Shown here piece after piece: positions 1 through 12,290 of a stretch of DNA of 64,000 bases. Position 1 is the first letter of the stretch. Each line of letters opens with the position of its first letter. The stretch is from Epiperipatus broadwayi. Taxonomy: Eukaryota > Animalia > Onychophora. A program made the position numbers and the translations under genes. The DNA lies in contig JAQFVV010000004.1 in the NCBI GenBank assembly GCA_028023455.1, positions 22,878,001 to 22,942,000 of the forward strand, written 5' to 3'. The notes below the pieces were generated by a model. That model was not told the DNA's origin and did not search any database. It saw only the letters and a list, made by a program, of their open reading frames with translations.

Positions 1-537
1 ACTTGTTTTTCAGACTGATTATTTGGACCTGAGAGGAAGTAGTGTAAAATTTTCCAAATGAATATTTGTCTAAAATAAATTTTTCTTAATATGAACCTGT
101 CTATTTCTAAGAAAGAAATCAATAAAGAATCAAAAATAAAATTAATGCCAGTGTAAACATTGGAAAAAAAAAAAAAAAATGAATATTTCCTATTATCATG
201 TGCAAAGATGGAAAATTGCTTAGACTTTGTCAGTAAATCTTATATCATACTATATAATTAAAGAAAATACAGCTGAAAAAGACAGTCTCTCCTTTTAGTT
301 AATATTTTAAATTAAAAAAACAACATTTTTTAAAAAGGAAATTACTACTTTTTAACATTATCAAAGAATTCATCAGTGATATGCATAAATCTAATTAAAT
401 AATTTTATTGTATTATTAGTTGATATCTTTTCTACAAATTATAATTACAATTTTGATTTTTTAAAATTAAAATATTGTAATATGTTATTTTCTAATCAAG
501 AAATAATATATTTGTACTCTTATATAAATACTATAAC

Positions 538-693
538 TCACATTCTTATGATTTGAGAAAGAAGCTCCGAGAAAAGTACTTGTTATTGTACTGAAACATC
601 AGCTATTTAGCTATTATATTTTTATTAAACAGACGCTCTCTGAAATAATAATATGAATTCATCATTTATCCGTGAGAATATTAGAATTAACAC
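538..693 (+). mobile_element. Penelope-like element terminal repeat (pLTR) fragment
   Basis: About 93% identical over ~89 nt (by eye) to 39742-39830. The same family lies directly downstream of a GIY-YIG-like fragment at 38961-39083. Contains a hammerhead-like motif. Confidence 0.7.
563..604 (+). ncRNA. Degenerate minimal type I hammerhead ribozyme, copy A
   Basis: AGCT-CCGAGAA-A-AGTAC-ttgttatt-GTACT-GAAA-CATC-AGCT. Helix I is AGCT/AGCT and helix II is AGTAC/GTACT. The core CUGANGA is mutated at two positions. Confidence 0.6.
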
Positions 694-1780
694 TATAAGT
701 ATATATATACACATGCACAATACAATTATATTGGGCATTATTGAATAACAATAATTAAATTTTTAAAATTCCAATTTTTAATTAAATTAAAGTATACATA
801 AAATAATATTACAGTTTTTTTTAAAAATGCTTTTATGATTTCATTTTTGATGAATTTTTTTTTGAAGTTTCTTTTTTTTTTTAGGATTTAGGAGCTTATT
901 GTGACCACACAATTATTTTAGTTTTTTCCCCCCACAGCAATGAAATGTATTATCTCAAACTCCAAACTTTAAATAGAAGCAAAAAGTGCAAATTTAGTAC
1001 GCGATCTCTGCCATTTTGAATTTCAAAATCGACCAAAAACATTGTCTGACACATCTAAGTGATAAAAAAGTACGCAAAAACGCAAAAAACCCCCGAAAAC
1101 CTTACAAAATAGATATGAGATTGCATATTTTAAAAAAAAGTAAGGCCAAAACAATATGCTTTGACATGATGGGGAGGGGGGGGTAAGAAAAGAAACTTTA
1201 AAAAAACAAACTTTTAAATCTTGTTACTGCTGAGTTTAAAATCTAAGAGGTTTTGCTCTGTTCTCCCTCAAGAGGGGAAAACGAACAACTTAATTTTCCT
1301 CATCATTCAAAGTAAACTATAAAAAATCCATTTTATAACTTTTTATAGATTCTAAAATTAGTGAAATAAAGTTAAGCCAGTAAATATATATACATACAGT
1401 CTAGTTTACAAAAATAATATTAATTTCTATATATGTTTGTGTACAAATAAGCAGTCTATAATAGCGGTATTCATATGAAAACTAAATAATCCTTAATAAA
1501 TTAGCTGAAATTAATATTATTTTTGTAAACTGGGCTGTATATATATATTTATTGGCTTAACTTTATTTCACTAATTTTAGAATCTATAAAAAGTTATAAA
1601 ATGATTTTTTATAGTTTACTTAGAATGAAGAGGGAAATTAAAGTGTTTGTTTTCCCCTCTCGAGGGAAAGCAGAGCAAAACTTCTTAGATTTTAAACTCA
1701 ACAATAACTAGATTTAAAAGTTTTTTTTTTTAAAGTTTCTTTTTTTACCGCCCCCCTCCCCATCATATCAAAGCATATTG

Positions 1781-2294
1781 CAGGGGTCCCCAACCTTTTT
1801 GCACTTAAGAGCACATTCTATAATACCAGCCAAGGTGGCGGGCACCATTTATTTTTTCAATGTAAATTTATAGTTGGATATTGTTAATAATACCCATAAT
1901 GTACAAAAAAATATTTATTTCAAAAATAACTGAAACACAGGCTTGTTATATACTTGTGTCTATATATGTAATATATAGGGTATATGAGCACAGACTTTCA
2001 GATAACCCATCACTCTCCACTCTATCTATTAACACTGATACCCTCAAGCACATATATGCTGAAAAGATAAATAATAAAATTTTAACATAATTAACGTTTA
2101 TATTTTTACGCTGTAAGAGTATAGTATGCCCTACAATTTGATTACAATATAATACTATAATTTATAAGAAATTTAAAAAATTAAATTTATTTGTATCAGA
2201 TAAATAATTTTTTATCATGTTTGAATAGCAGCGGGCACACGTAAATGGTCTGCGGGCGCCATGGTGCCCGCGGGCATAGGATTGGGGACCCCTG
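1781..2294. mobile_element. hAT (Charlie-type) MITE, 514 bp
   Basis: Perfect 13-bp TIR caggggtccccaa / ttggggacccctg. Perfect 8-bp TSD gcatattg at 1773-1780 and 2295-2302. Confidence 0.9.
1925..2075 (+). repeat. Dispersed repeat fragment inside the hAT MITE (family also at 18917-19283)
   Basis: aataactgaaacac...aaagataaataat aligns with the reverse complement of 19131-19283. Confidence 0.8.
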
Positions 2295-3540
2295 GCATAT
2301 TGTTTAGATTCTAAGAAATATGTATTAAATTTAACAAAGGATGGTTAACATTTATTAAGTTTTAGTTTGAATTTTATATATATACCTTCGATTTTTCACG
2401 TTTTGGTCTAACTTTTTTTTTAATATGCGATATCATATCTATTTTGTAAGGTTTTCGTTTTTTTTTTTGCGTTTTCGCGTATAAGTTTTAGTTTGAATTT
2501 TATATATATACCTTCCATTTTTTACGCTTTGGCTCTTTTTTTTAAAATATGCAATCTCATATCTATTTTGTAAGGTTTTCATTTTTTTGTGTTTTCGTGT
2601 ACTTTTTTATCACTTAGATGTGTCAGATGATGTTTTTGGACGATTTTGAAATTCAAAATGGCAGAGATCGCGTACTAAATTTGCACCATAAAAAATAAGA
2701 TTTTTAAAATTGCTGTTAAAAAATTTATGTCATGAAATAAAAATGAATTTGTCAGAAAAAGCACCATACTAGTATTAACTCTTATTTTTAATCATGTAGT
2801 ATGAAATTAGTGGGATATGGTACTATATATATAAGCTCACATATTTCTTATGAATAATATATATATTGAATGCTTGAATATAAAAGACATGTTCTTATTA
2901 TAATGTTTAATAGGTTTCTGTTTACTGTTTTTCCAAACACAGTGTTTAGATAAATAAATAACTTATCTATTGTTTATTTTTTCTCATGACTTGAGAAATA
3001 TTTGATCTACAGTTCCCAATATATGTTAGGACACAGCTTTATATTCTTATTTTTTTAAAAACTTTAGTACTTGTTTCTTTCATCATTCTAATTAGTTTCT
3101 ATATATAACTTTTTTGTTCCTGTTACTCATATTTGTGCTTTAGAAATACTTGTGAAGTTTTGTGAATCCCTGTTGGATATTTATAAAAAACTTTGAGAAT
3201 ACCATTGTATTTGTTCCTTTTCTTTAATTTGGAATCAGGATATTTGCACTATTTAGTTTATCTTTATTAAATTATTTTAACAAGTTGTGATTTATATGGA
3301 TTTACAAATAGAAAATGAAAAGCAACAAATAAAAGGGGGGGAGTAAATTGCTATTTTTAAAAGTTTGAGGATTAAGGGCAGAGAAACAGTGATAGTAATA
3401 AATAGGTGGTCTACAGTCTTTTTTTAAAACTTAACATAGAGACCATTACACTTCATTATAAATAATAAATTGTAGTAGGAAATTTAAAGAAAGAAGTTAA
3501 AATAACAATGATTTATTTAAACGCACATTGATTACGTAAA

Positions 3541-3656
3541 TAATATTCATTAAGGCTGTTCTTCCAAAGAGTAAGCTTGTGGTTTTAAGACCTGTAGAGG
3601 TCGCTCCTTCGCATTTTATACGCATGTGTTTGAGGCTACAGCCTTAATGAATATTA
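3541..3656. mobile_element. Small MITE (116 bp)
   Basis: Perfect 19-bp inverted repeat taatattcattaaggctgt (3541-3559) / acagccttaatgaatatta (3638-3656), with TA at both ends. Confidence 0.6.
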
Positions 3657-4065
3657 ATAACAATGATTGTAAATAAAATTAAAAAATGCAAAACTTTTAT
3701 TATATATATAAATACAAAAATATTTTTTTAGAATTTACTTTCTTCATGTTAAAATGGCATTAATTAAACAATATTTTAATATAAGTTGCATCACTAATAA
3801 CCTATTGTAATAACTATGACAACTCCATCACTGAAATATAATAAAAACTAATGCTATAATAACACTAATTCTTACATAGAAATAATTCTTTAAAGCTATA
3901 TTTGATATTCCTAATATTTTCTCCATGTAAGGAGCAGTGTTATAATTTAATTTAATTTATTACTAGTAATAGTTATTGTATTAAAACAGCACCAATTATT
4001 AAGCATTATTAAACATCATATGATTACTATTTCTTATGCTAGCACATTACTGTTATTAAAACAGG

Positions 4066-6814
4066 TGATGTGATGTGATGGAAATGGTTAGTAATGTGAT
4101 GGAGGATAGAAATAAAGGTAGAAATAATAGTGAAAGATGTGGATGGAGAGTGAATGATAAGAATAAGTTGGAAGAGTATAAAATAAAAGTTGAAGAAACC
4201 ATGGAGCAGTTGGTTGGGGATGAGTATAAGGACTGGTGTGGTGAAGTAGAAAAAGTGGCAAATAGGGTTTTAGTCGAGAATATGAAGAAGAATAAAAGTA
4301 ATAAAAAAATGAGAGTTAGTAAAAGTGTAAAAGAGAGGAAAAAAGCATGCAGAGAATATAAGTGTGCTATTAAGAATAAAGAAAGTGAAAATGATATTAA
4401 TGCTAAATGGGGAAAGTACTTGGAAAAGAAGAAGCTAGCTAAAATGGATAATTATAGAGAGAGGATGAAGTTAAATAATAAATTGTTGGAGGATATTAAT
4501 AAAAGTGGAAGAGATGGGAGTAAAAAATTTTGGAATTACATTAAAAGGAGAAATGTAGGGGAAAGAGAGATAGTATTAATAGATGATGAGGGAATAGAAT
4601 GTAGCTCTAGAGGCGAGCTAGAGAAAATCTTAAATAGATATGTAATGGATATAGAAAAGATGTTAGATGTGAAGGAATTAGTGATAGAAAACATGAAAGC
4701 AGTTAGTAGTGGGAATATTAGGTTCACAAAAAATGAATTGAATGAGGCAGGAAAGAGATTGAAAAGTGGAAAGGCGAGAGGTTTAGATGGATGGGCAGCA
4801 GAGATGGTAATGAATTTAGGGCATAGAGCAAAAGCAAAGTTATTATCATGTTTTAATAAGATGGCGCAGAAGACAGTTTTTCCGGGTAGTTGGAGTAATA
4901 CAAGAATAAGATTATTATTTAAAGGAAAGGGTAAGGATCATAGAAAGTTAAATAATTATAGACCGATAGCGGTAACATCAGTTTTATATAAAGTTTTCGC
5001 ATATATGGTAGCTGGAAGAGTTGTAAAATGGATGGAAGAGAATAATGTAGTGGGGGAAATGCAAGGAGGTTTTAGGTCAGATAGGCGTATAGGAGATAGT
5101 TTGTTTGTAGTTACACAACTTATGGAGATGAGTAGGAATTCAGGTAGATCGTTATATATGAGTTTTATAGATATAGAGAAAGCATATGATAGAGTAAATA
5201 GAAATAGATTATGGGTAAGATTAGCCAATTTGGGAATGGATGAAGCTTTAGTAAATATTATTAAGAAATTATATGAAAATAATTATTATACTTACCAATT
5301 AGGGGATATAGAATCAGTTAAAGTTAAAAATGGAGTGGGATTAAGGCAAGGATGCCCTATGTCACCGATTTTGTTTTTGTTGTTTTTGAGTGAAATGGAA
5401 AAAGCAATAGAAAGACTAGGAAGAGGGGTAGAGATACCATTAATAGGTGGCAAAGGAGTATATACTTTGTCGGGTCTTTTTTTTGCAGATGATATCTTTT
5501 TATGTGCAGAAAGAAGAGAAGATATGGATATTATGTTGAGGACATGTGCAAGGGTGGGTAAAGAGATGGGGATTAAATTTAGTGAAGAAAAATCAAATAT
5601 AATGATGGTTAATACTGGGGAAAGAGAGGATGTAGTTTTTTTATTGGGGGATATAAAGTTAAGTGTGGTGGATAGATATAGGTATTTGGGAATCATCTTA
5701 TGTAATCAGGAAAATTGCTTGGTTGAATGGGAGAAAAAATTGGTAAATGAAGCAAAGAAAAGAAAAGGTTTGGTAAAGAAACTAACAGTATTTTCATATA
5801 ATAAATATGATGTAGCTAGAATTGTATGGAAGGGAGTTGCAGTAGCAGGGTTAACATATGGTAATGATGCATTATGTGTTAGTAAAAGGATTTTAGATTA
5901 TTTAGAGAAAGTACAAAGGGAAGTAGGAAGACATGCATTAGATGCAGAGATGTGGACAGCAAAGGAGGCAATTCAAGGAGAAATGGGATGGTCAAGTTTC
6001 TATATGAGAGATGCAAAAAGTAAAATGAAAATGTTTGGTAGGTTGCAGTTTATGGATAGTAAAAGAATAGCCAAAATAGTGTTTAATTGGGTTATGAGTA
6101 AAGGGCAGGTAACAAGATGGGTGAGAAAGGTAATGCGGTATGCAAAAGATTTGGATAAAGAATTTATATCGGTATACTTGTATAAAAGGTGGGATGATTG
6201 TGTTAGGAGGATTGTTGAGTGTTATAGTGGTAAGGAATGGGATAAAAGAATAGAAGCATTAATAAAAAATAGGGAGTTGGAGAGATGGAGAAGTAGTATG
6301 GAGGGTAAGAAGAGTTTAAATATATATAGAAGTAAACGGAATATTGGAAGCGAGTTAATTTATGATAATAGTAAGGAAAGTAGTTTATTGTTTAAGGCTC
6401 GAATGGGATCTTTAGCAACAAGAGAATATACATGTAAATGGAAAACTATGGGTGATTTAGCGTGCAAATTGTGTAAGGAAGGTATAGAAAATATTAGGCA
6501 TCTGTTGATTGAATGTAAATGCTTGAAAGCAGAAAGGGTACAGATAATGAAGTTATGGGAGAATAGGTATGAACAAAGTGACAATACAGAAAGTGAGTTA
6601 GTAGTTTTTATGCTGGGTTTGCGAAAAGATAAGGGGGATTTTGATTTAAAGGCCATAGAGTTGATAAAGATTATGTTGTGGAAATGGGATGGGGCAGAAT
6701 ATGGGAAGACTTAGAGTGGGGAATGGAAAATAAAGTGGCTAACAGGTTTATCTGGGCATAGTTGCTGAGATATTCTTGACTTCGTTTAAGGAGAAGCCAA
6801 ATACATCACATCAC
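4066..6814 (+). mobile_element. Young 5'-truncated non-LTR retrotransposon (LINE; clade not determinable by eye)
   Basis: 11-bp TSD attaaaacagg at 4055-4065 and 6815-6825. Uninterrupted RT ORF. Short 3' UTR with a small stem-loop (ttgacttc...gaagccaa) and a (CATCA)n tail at 6804-6814. Confidence 0.92.
4075..6714 (+). CDS. LINE reverse transcriptase (ORF2, endonuclease lost by 5' truncation) with C-terminal CCHC zinc-binding motif
   Basis: Non-LTR RT motifs NYRPIAVTSVLYK, QGGFR, FIDIEKAYDRV, GLRQGCPMSPILF, FADD, YRYLG, plus CKLCKEGIENIRHLLIEC. The called start lies within the 5' junction repeat and is probably not a real initiation site. Confidence 0.9.
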   Translation: MMEMVSNVMEDRNKGRNNSERCGWRVNDKNKLEEYKIKVEETMEQLVGDEYKDWCGEVEKVANRVLVENMKKNKSNKKMRVSKSVKERKKACREYKCAIKNKESENDINAKWGKYLEKKKLAKMDNYRERMKLNNKLLEDINKSGRDGSKKFWNYIKRRNVGEREIVLIDDEGIECSSRGELEKILNRYVMDIEKMLDVKELVIENMKAVSSGNIRFTKNELNEAGKRLKSGKARGLDGWAAEMVMNLGHRAKAKLLSCFNKMAQKTVFPGSWSNTRIRLLFKGKGKDHRKLNNYRPIAVTSVLYKVFAYMVAGRVVKWMEENNVVGEMQGGFRSDRRIGDSLFVVTQLMEMSRNSGRSLYMSFIDIEKAYDRVNRNRLWVRLANLGMDEALVNIIKKLYENNYYTYQLGDIESVKVKNGVGLRQGCPMSPILFLLFLSEMEKAIERLGRGVEIPLIGGKGVYTLSGLFFADDIFLCAERREDMDIMLRTCARVGKEMGIKFSEEKSNIMMVNTGEREDVVFLLGDIKLSVVDRYRYLGIILCNQENCLVEWEKKLVNEAKKRKGLVKKLTVFSYNKYDVARIVWKGVAVAGLTYGNDALCVSKRILDYLEKVQREVGRHALDAEMWTAKEAIQGEMGWSSFYMRDAKSKMKMFGRLQFMDSKRIAKIVFNWVMSKGQVTRWVRKVMRYAKDLDKEFISVYLYKRWDDCVRRIVECYSGKEWDKRIEALIKNRELERWRSSMEGKKSLNIYRSKRNIGSELIYDNSKESSLLFKARMGSLATREYTCKWKTMGDLACKLCKEGIENIRHLLIECKCLKAERVQIMKLWENRYEQSDNTESELVVFMLGLRKDKGDFDLKAIELIKIMLWKWDGAEYGKT

Positions 6815-7260
6815 ATTAAAACAGGCAAAACTCTCCGTATAGTAGTGCCACTCAGTGCCAACCAGAGTAATCAATGGATGCCAGAAAGCTTATGCATAAA
6901 ATCTCTTATCTAGTGCCTACTCATCCAATATCCCCAGACTAGTTCCTGGCTTGTGGCCTTCATTAGTGAGGAGCTTATATTGAAAATATTATATTGTTTT
7001 CAATTTTATTTTCATAGTTTTGTAGTTAAATAGAGATAAAAGGTCGCTGCTGGAGGGTTGTATTAGATTCTAAGATCTATGTGCAGTGCTCTCAGATTCA
7101 AAGCTCCTCACCGATGAAGCCACAAGCCAGAAACTAGTCTGGGGATATTGGATGAGTAGGCTCTAGATAGGGATTTTATGCACAAGCCTTCTGGCATCCA
7201 TTGATTACTCTGGTTGGCACTGAGTGGCATTACTGTATGGAGAGTTTTGCCTGTTTTAAT
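6815..7260. mobile_element. Palindromic MITE (~445 bp, ~160-bp inverted arms)
   Basis: attaaaacaggcaaaactctcc...gaggagct mirrors agctcctc...ggagagttttgcctgttttaat. Its first 11 bp are the LINE target site. Confidence 0.85.
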
Positions 7261-7734
7261 TAAGTATTATTGTATATAACTTTTTTTTTGTTATAATTTA
7301 TTGCTTACAAATATTTTTAATTTGTTTTTAGAATTTGTTGGGATGTAAAACAAGAAATGTGTAAATATAAAATATGAATTGAAATCACTTCATATAACTT
7401 ACAAAATATATTTAGCCCATTGTTCTGTTTTTACACCACTCAAACTTCATAAATAAAATTATGCTTGATTTTTTGCATACACACATCTTTGATTTTTTTT
7501 TTTAATTTGATTTTAATCGTTACCTATATAATATGTACATACAAAAAAGGAAAAAATGTCAGATGACATGGGTATTCAACATCTCCATTTGAGCATTAAT
7601 CACTTTTGGCAAGTAGCCATTGGATACTAAGTAACAATGTCTTGTATTCAGATATTGGCTTTAATCATTGTATCTATATAATCACATTAACTTTGAAATC
7701 CAAGGTTGGCTGAATGTCAGGTCATTAGCTTGGA

Positions 7735-10006
7735 TAAGAGAGAAAATGTTATTAAATTGATTATATATTGATTCGGGATAGAAACAAGAATGCTATTAAG
7801 GATTCGCATGTGCCTGATGTTAGTATAAACTCAGATTATTATTTGGTTTTGACTAAATTAAAGTTGAGTTTAAAAAGAGGGAAAAGATATGTAAGATGGG
7901 TCTTAGATAAATTAAGAGAAATGGAGAAAGGAAAATTTGGTTTAATATGTGAAAATGCAATAAAAAGGATTGATAAAGGTGAGAATATATTAATAGTTCT
8001 GACTAGTGTTGGTATTAAAAACAGCAAAAAATGAAATAGGCATTATTCGGTTAAACAAAGCTATAATGGAAAGTATGTTAGAAAAGATGTAAGTATGGAG
8101 AAGATGAAAGAATGTCAATGCTGAGGAAGGCAAAATGCATATAGAAAAATTAATAATGAGCTAAGAAGACAAACAGATTTAACAAAAGAAAATGATTGGA
8201 ACAAAGAAGTAGAGAGATAGAAATGCTTCAACAGGTGAAAATATATCTGGTAGTTGATAGAATTAGAAATGTCACTTGCGAGAAAAAGACATGGTTAGTA
8301 AGAGATATTGCGGATAAGAATGGAAAGAGATTAACTGATAGCAATGATATATTAAAAAGATGGAAAGAATATCTTCGGTGTCTATGTAGAAAATAAAATA
8401 ATGCAATTAATTCTGAATTTGGAAATAAAGAAGATATTGAAGGAAATGATAAAGATATGGATATATTGCCAGATGAAGTAATAGAGTCAATTGCACAAAT
8501 GAAGAATGGGAAGTTGGAGTTGATGCAATATGTATAGAATTTTTGAAAGAAATGGGAGAATTTACTATGAAGGAAATAGTTGGACTTTGCAATTTGATAT
8601 ATAATAATGGAGTTTGGCCTGAAGATTTTTTAAGGACTATAATTATTCCAATTGCTAAAAAAAAGAAAGTTGTTTAATGTGAAGAGTACAGAACAATAAG
8701 TTTTTTATTTCATGCTTCTTGTTTTATTGAGGATTTTAATTCAAAGAATTTATTTCATTCCAATATCAGCCTTTCAAGCTAATTGCAAGCACAGCGCTAG
8801 ATAAAATATTTGCTTATTTACTCAAAGAATTTATAATCACATTCATATCGGCCTTTCAAGCCAATTGTGGAAAGGTAGAATATTATATTGGAAAAGAACA
8901 GTTTGATTTTCAGAACGAAAATTAGAAAAGATGCTATTGATGTTGTTAGAACAATTGCAGAGAGATATGTTGAAAAAAATAAAGGAATTGGTATATGTTT
9001 TGTGGATTTGGAAAAAGCATTTGATAGAGTAATTGAAAATAAACTTATGACCATCTTAAAAAATAAGAGTATTTTGGAAAGAGAGAAGATTGATTTGGAA
9101 TATGTATTCTGGACAAAGGATAAGAATTAGACTGGAAAATAATGAGACTGTTGAAGTGAATAAAGAAAAAGGAGCTAGATAAGGATGCAGTATGTCATCT
9201 GTTCTTTTTAATATTTATTTAGAAGTCGTGTTGAATAATGAGGTAGAATAATGAAATATATAAGATTTGCAGATGAAAAGTTTCAGAATATGCTGAATAA
9301 ATTGGAGGAAGGATGTATAGAATATAGAATGAAGATTAGTGTTGAGAAGACAAGTATTTATGGATAGGGTAGAATGCAAAAAAGTCTGCAAATTGTAATC
9401 CATGATAACATTGTTCAACAGTAAAGGAATTTAGATATTTGAATAGTTGGTTGAGTGAGGCTGGAAGCAGTGAAGATTAACTTAAAAGAATAGCATTGGC
9501 AAAGGAGGCATTTATTAAGTGAAAGAAAATATTTTATGGAACTTTGAAGACAGAATTAAGGAAAAGATTAATTAAATGCTATATGTGGAGTGTACTATTA
9601 TATGCTTGTGAAACGTGGACAATGAGTAATAAAATTAGGACCAGATTAGAAGCCTTTGAGATGTGGTCATGGAGAAGAATGGAAAAAATGAGTTGAACGA
9701 ATAAAATAACAAATGATAAAGTTTTGAAAAGATTAAATGAAAAAGGAAAATTGATTGATGAAATTAGAAATAGAAAATTGGATTAGACATATATTGAGAA
9801 AAAGTATAGTTTAATGAAAGATGTTTTGGATGGAATGGTGAATGGAAGCAAGAGGAAAGAATGGAAAAGATTGACATTGTTGGATGGTATAAGAGATGGG
9901 AAGAGTTAAATGGAATGAAGAAATTGGAGTGGGAAAATGGATGAATTGGTGATATAACTACTCTCTGGACCTATTCATGGGACAGAATACTATTGATGAT
10001 GAAGAT
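7735..10006 (+). mobile_element. Decayed RTE-clade LINE (end of endonuclease, RT, 3' UTR)
   Basis: Broken frames give IDYILIR..KNAIKDS (APE C-terminus), FVDLEKAFDRV, RFAD, and CYMWSVLLYACETWTM...RLEAFEMWSWRRM. The 3' end is ggacagaatactattgatgatgaagat. Confidence 0.8.
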
Positions 10007-10925
10007 AAAAGTATTAAAAATGGCTTCTGGATGCATCTATGCAATGCACTTTCTTATTAATGAAGCAAATAGCTATAAATTAATATGACAATTTAGAGAT
10101 GATTATTTCTATCTAGTGTTCATTGATTAATCAGGCTTGCAATAATGGGCTCTAGAACAAAGTTAATAAGTGGATTGCCACTTTTAATATGAAATTTAAG
10201 TTATTTAGTGTGTTAAAAAATTAATGCAATTAGAAGGTCGAACATAGAAAGGTAGTTGCCCTAATGAAACTAATTTGCAAAATATTGATAAATTTTATGT
10301 TTTGTGAAAAAATTATGGAATCTGAGCTCTTCTTTGGAGATGTCTTTAATCATATTTATTATTTACCTACACCATTATTTCAAAGCAGAAGTCTTTTTTA
10401 AAATTAGTCTTAAGAATTCTTTTCCCTGGTCTGAAGATATCTTTATGATTTTTAATTTAATATTTAAGGTGGACATGTTTTAATAAGTTTTAGATATCAG
10501 GTTTTATGGGTAAATCATTAGCATGAAGAATACCTTTGAATATTTTGGAGTATACCAAGAATGACAAATTAAATGCAAACAAATATCGAAGAGAAGTAGC
10601 AATTTCAATTGAGAAATTGTAAAGATTTTGCTGCTACTGTGCTATGAAGAAATGCCGAGACCCTAACAGAAATTTATTAAATGAAACAATACTTAAACTG
10701 AAATCTGCTAATCATTTGTAAAAGTTTCTTATGGTTTTGTTTATTTTATTCCTCATAAATAAAAAACAACAACTTAATACTGACTTAGTTTTTGATCTTT
10801 CTATATATACTTTTTAGATTGTATGATATATTTATTTATATAAATGATTATTTTTTTAAATAATTTATTATTATTTTTACTACTATAATCATGTAAATCA
10901 GTGTGGTCTTGAATATTTTTGACAG

Positions 10926-11009
10926 CATGGTTTATTTACCTGTATACACAAACACTATTCTGTAGAAGATTGGTTGAAATTTGCAAAGGAGAATCCTTCT
11001 ATTTTAAAG
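10926..11009 (+). CDS. GMPR: GMP reductase, internal coding exon (84 nt, phase 0/0): HGLFTCIHKHYSVEDWLKFAKENPSILK
   Basis: Flanked by ttttgacag and gtaag. Matches the HSMFTAIHKHYSLDDWKLFATNHPECLQ segment of human GMPR, recalled as its 84-nt exon 3. Confidence 0.92.
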
Positions 11010-11699
11010 GTAAGCAATATTAAAGCTCTGTTTTTTTTTATTTTGCATTTGTTGTTTTAATACTCTCTCCTCCTTTAAAAAAACAGTTGTTTCATTACTT
11101 AAGATAATGAAGAAACTAAATTAGAAATAAAAATATTATGAAAACCATGAAATTTAGTATTGAGAAAAGCAACATGAAATTACTTAAAACTGGAAAAGAA
11201 TCTCATAAAGGTGAAAAAATAGTCAACTGTACAAGGAAAGTTTTGTTTTTGTCAAAATGTTTATAGAATCAACAAGTCTAGTAAATGAACTAATATGTCA
11301 TTTGGATCCATATGTGGTCCGACATTGGTAAAAAAATTTATTTACATCATTTTATATATCATCTGTATTTGAGCAGGAAAACTTGTGTGAAACATGGGAA
11401 AAGAAAATTTATGAATAATGTTGAAATAGAACTTTAAAAGCCAAGATGAAAAAAAAATTATGGAATATTCAATAAACTGAATTGATTGATGTTATTGTAC
11501 ACTTAAAATAATTGAAATAGAATTCGGCTTCTGTTACTATATAATGAAATGATAAAATTTATTTATTATTTGGATCATCTACTTATGAGTTGAATAATTT
11601 TTGAGCTAGATAGATTTTTTTTTATAAAAATATTTCTAAAAGAAGTCAAGATAGGAATGTTTATTTGCCAGAAAACTACTCCTTTGCTATGCTAAGATA

Positions 11700-12290
11700 A
11701 AGAATAGAGAGTTTTATCAAGTCATAAGTGCAATGCCCATATTAAAGATAGGTTTTGGAAGGTTTCATCTAGCATTAATTAATGAAAACTGCAGATGATA
11801 TGAAAAGGCAAACTTTCTTTTCTGAATAATCATTATTCTTAACTGTCAGTCAATAATTCAGTTATTTCATTACACAAATAGGCATTTGGGTTGATAATAT
11901 TATTCCAGAATCAGAAACATAGAAAATAACCCACCTTATTTACACTTTTAATATTTTGATTCAGAATAGTTTCTCACTAGAACACTTCTTAACATGAATA
12001 TATGACTTATAGTAAAAATTGATCAAGAATAGCAACCAGAGTGGAGTAAACAAGGGACTGCATCATTTTCTAGAATTTTGGGATGAATTTTTGAAATTTA
12101 AAAATGCATCTTGAAATGTTAAGATTACTGCATATAATGAATTTGGAATATTGGGAGATACATTAACTGTTTTTTGTAGTCATATTAAGTTGTAATCCTT
12201 TGCAACTGCCATTGATGTTGAACAATTATTTTTTTATTATACAAGAATTGTTCTCATTGTTAAGAAATTTTTTTTGAGTCAATAAATAAG
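11700..12290 (+). mobile_element. Possible highly decayed hAT-like transposase remnant
   Basis: One frame near 12197-12235 reads SFATAIDVEQLF, resembling the P-TS-DVER-FS dimerisation motif. Boundaries are uncertain. Confidence 0.3.

Larger units (their letters stand above)
986..2686. mobile_element. Foldback/MITE-like element with long inverted arms, interrupted by a hAT MITE
   Basis: gtgcaaatttagtacgcgatctctgccattttg at 986 is the reverse complement of 2654-2686. Inner arms ~1152-1410 and ~1525-1780 are also reverse complements. The right arm contains a duplicated ~125-bp module (~2357-2600). No clear TSD. Confidence 0.75.

Noticed and set aside
4536-6656. Minus-strand ORFs (63-134 aa) overlapping the LINE ORF
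   Set aside because: These are antisense shadows of a purine-rich coding strand with no recognisable domains.
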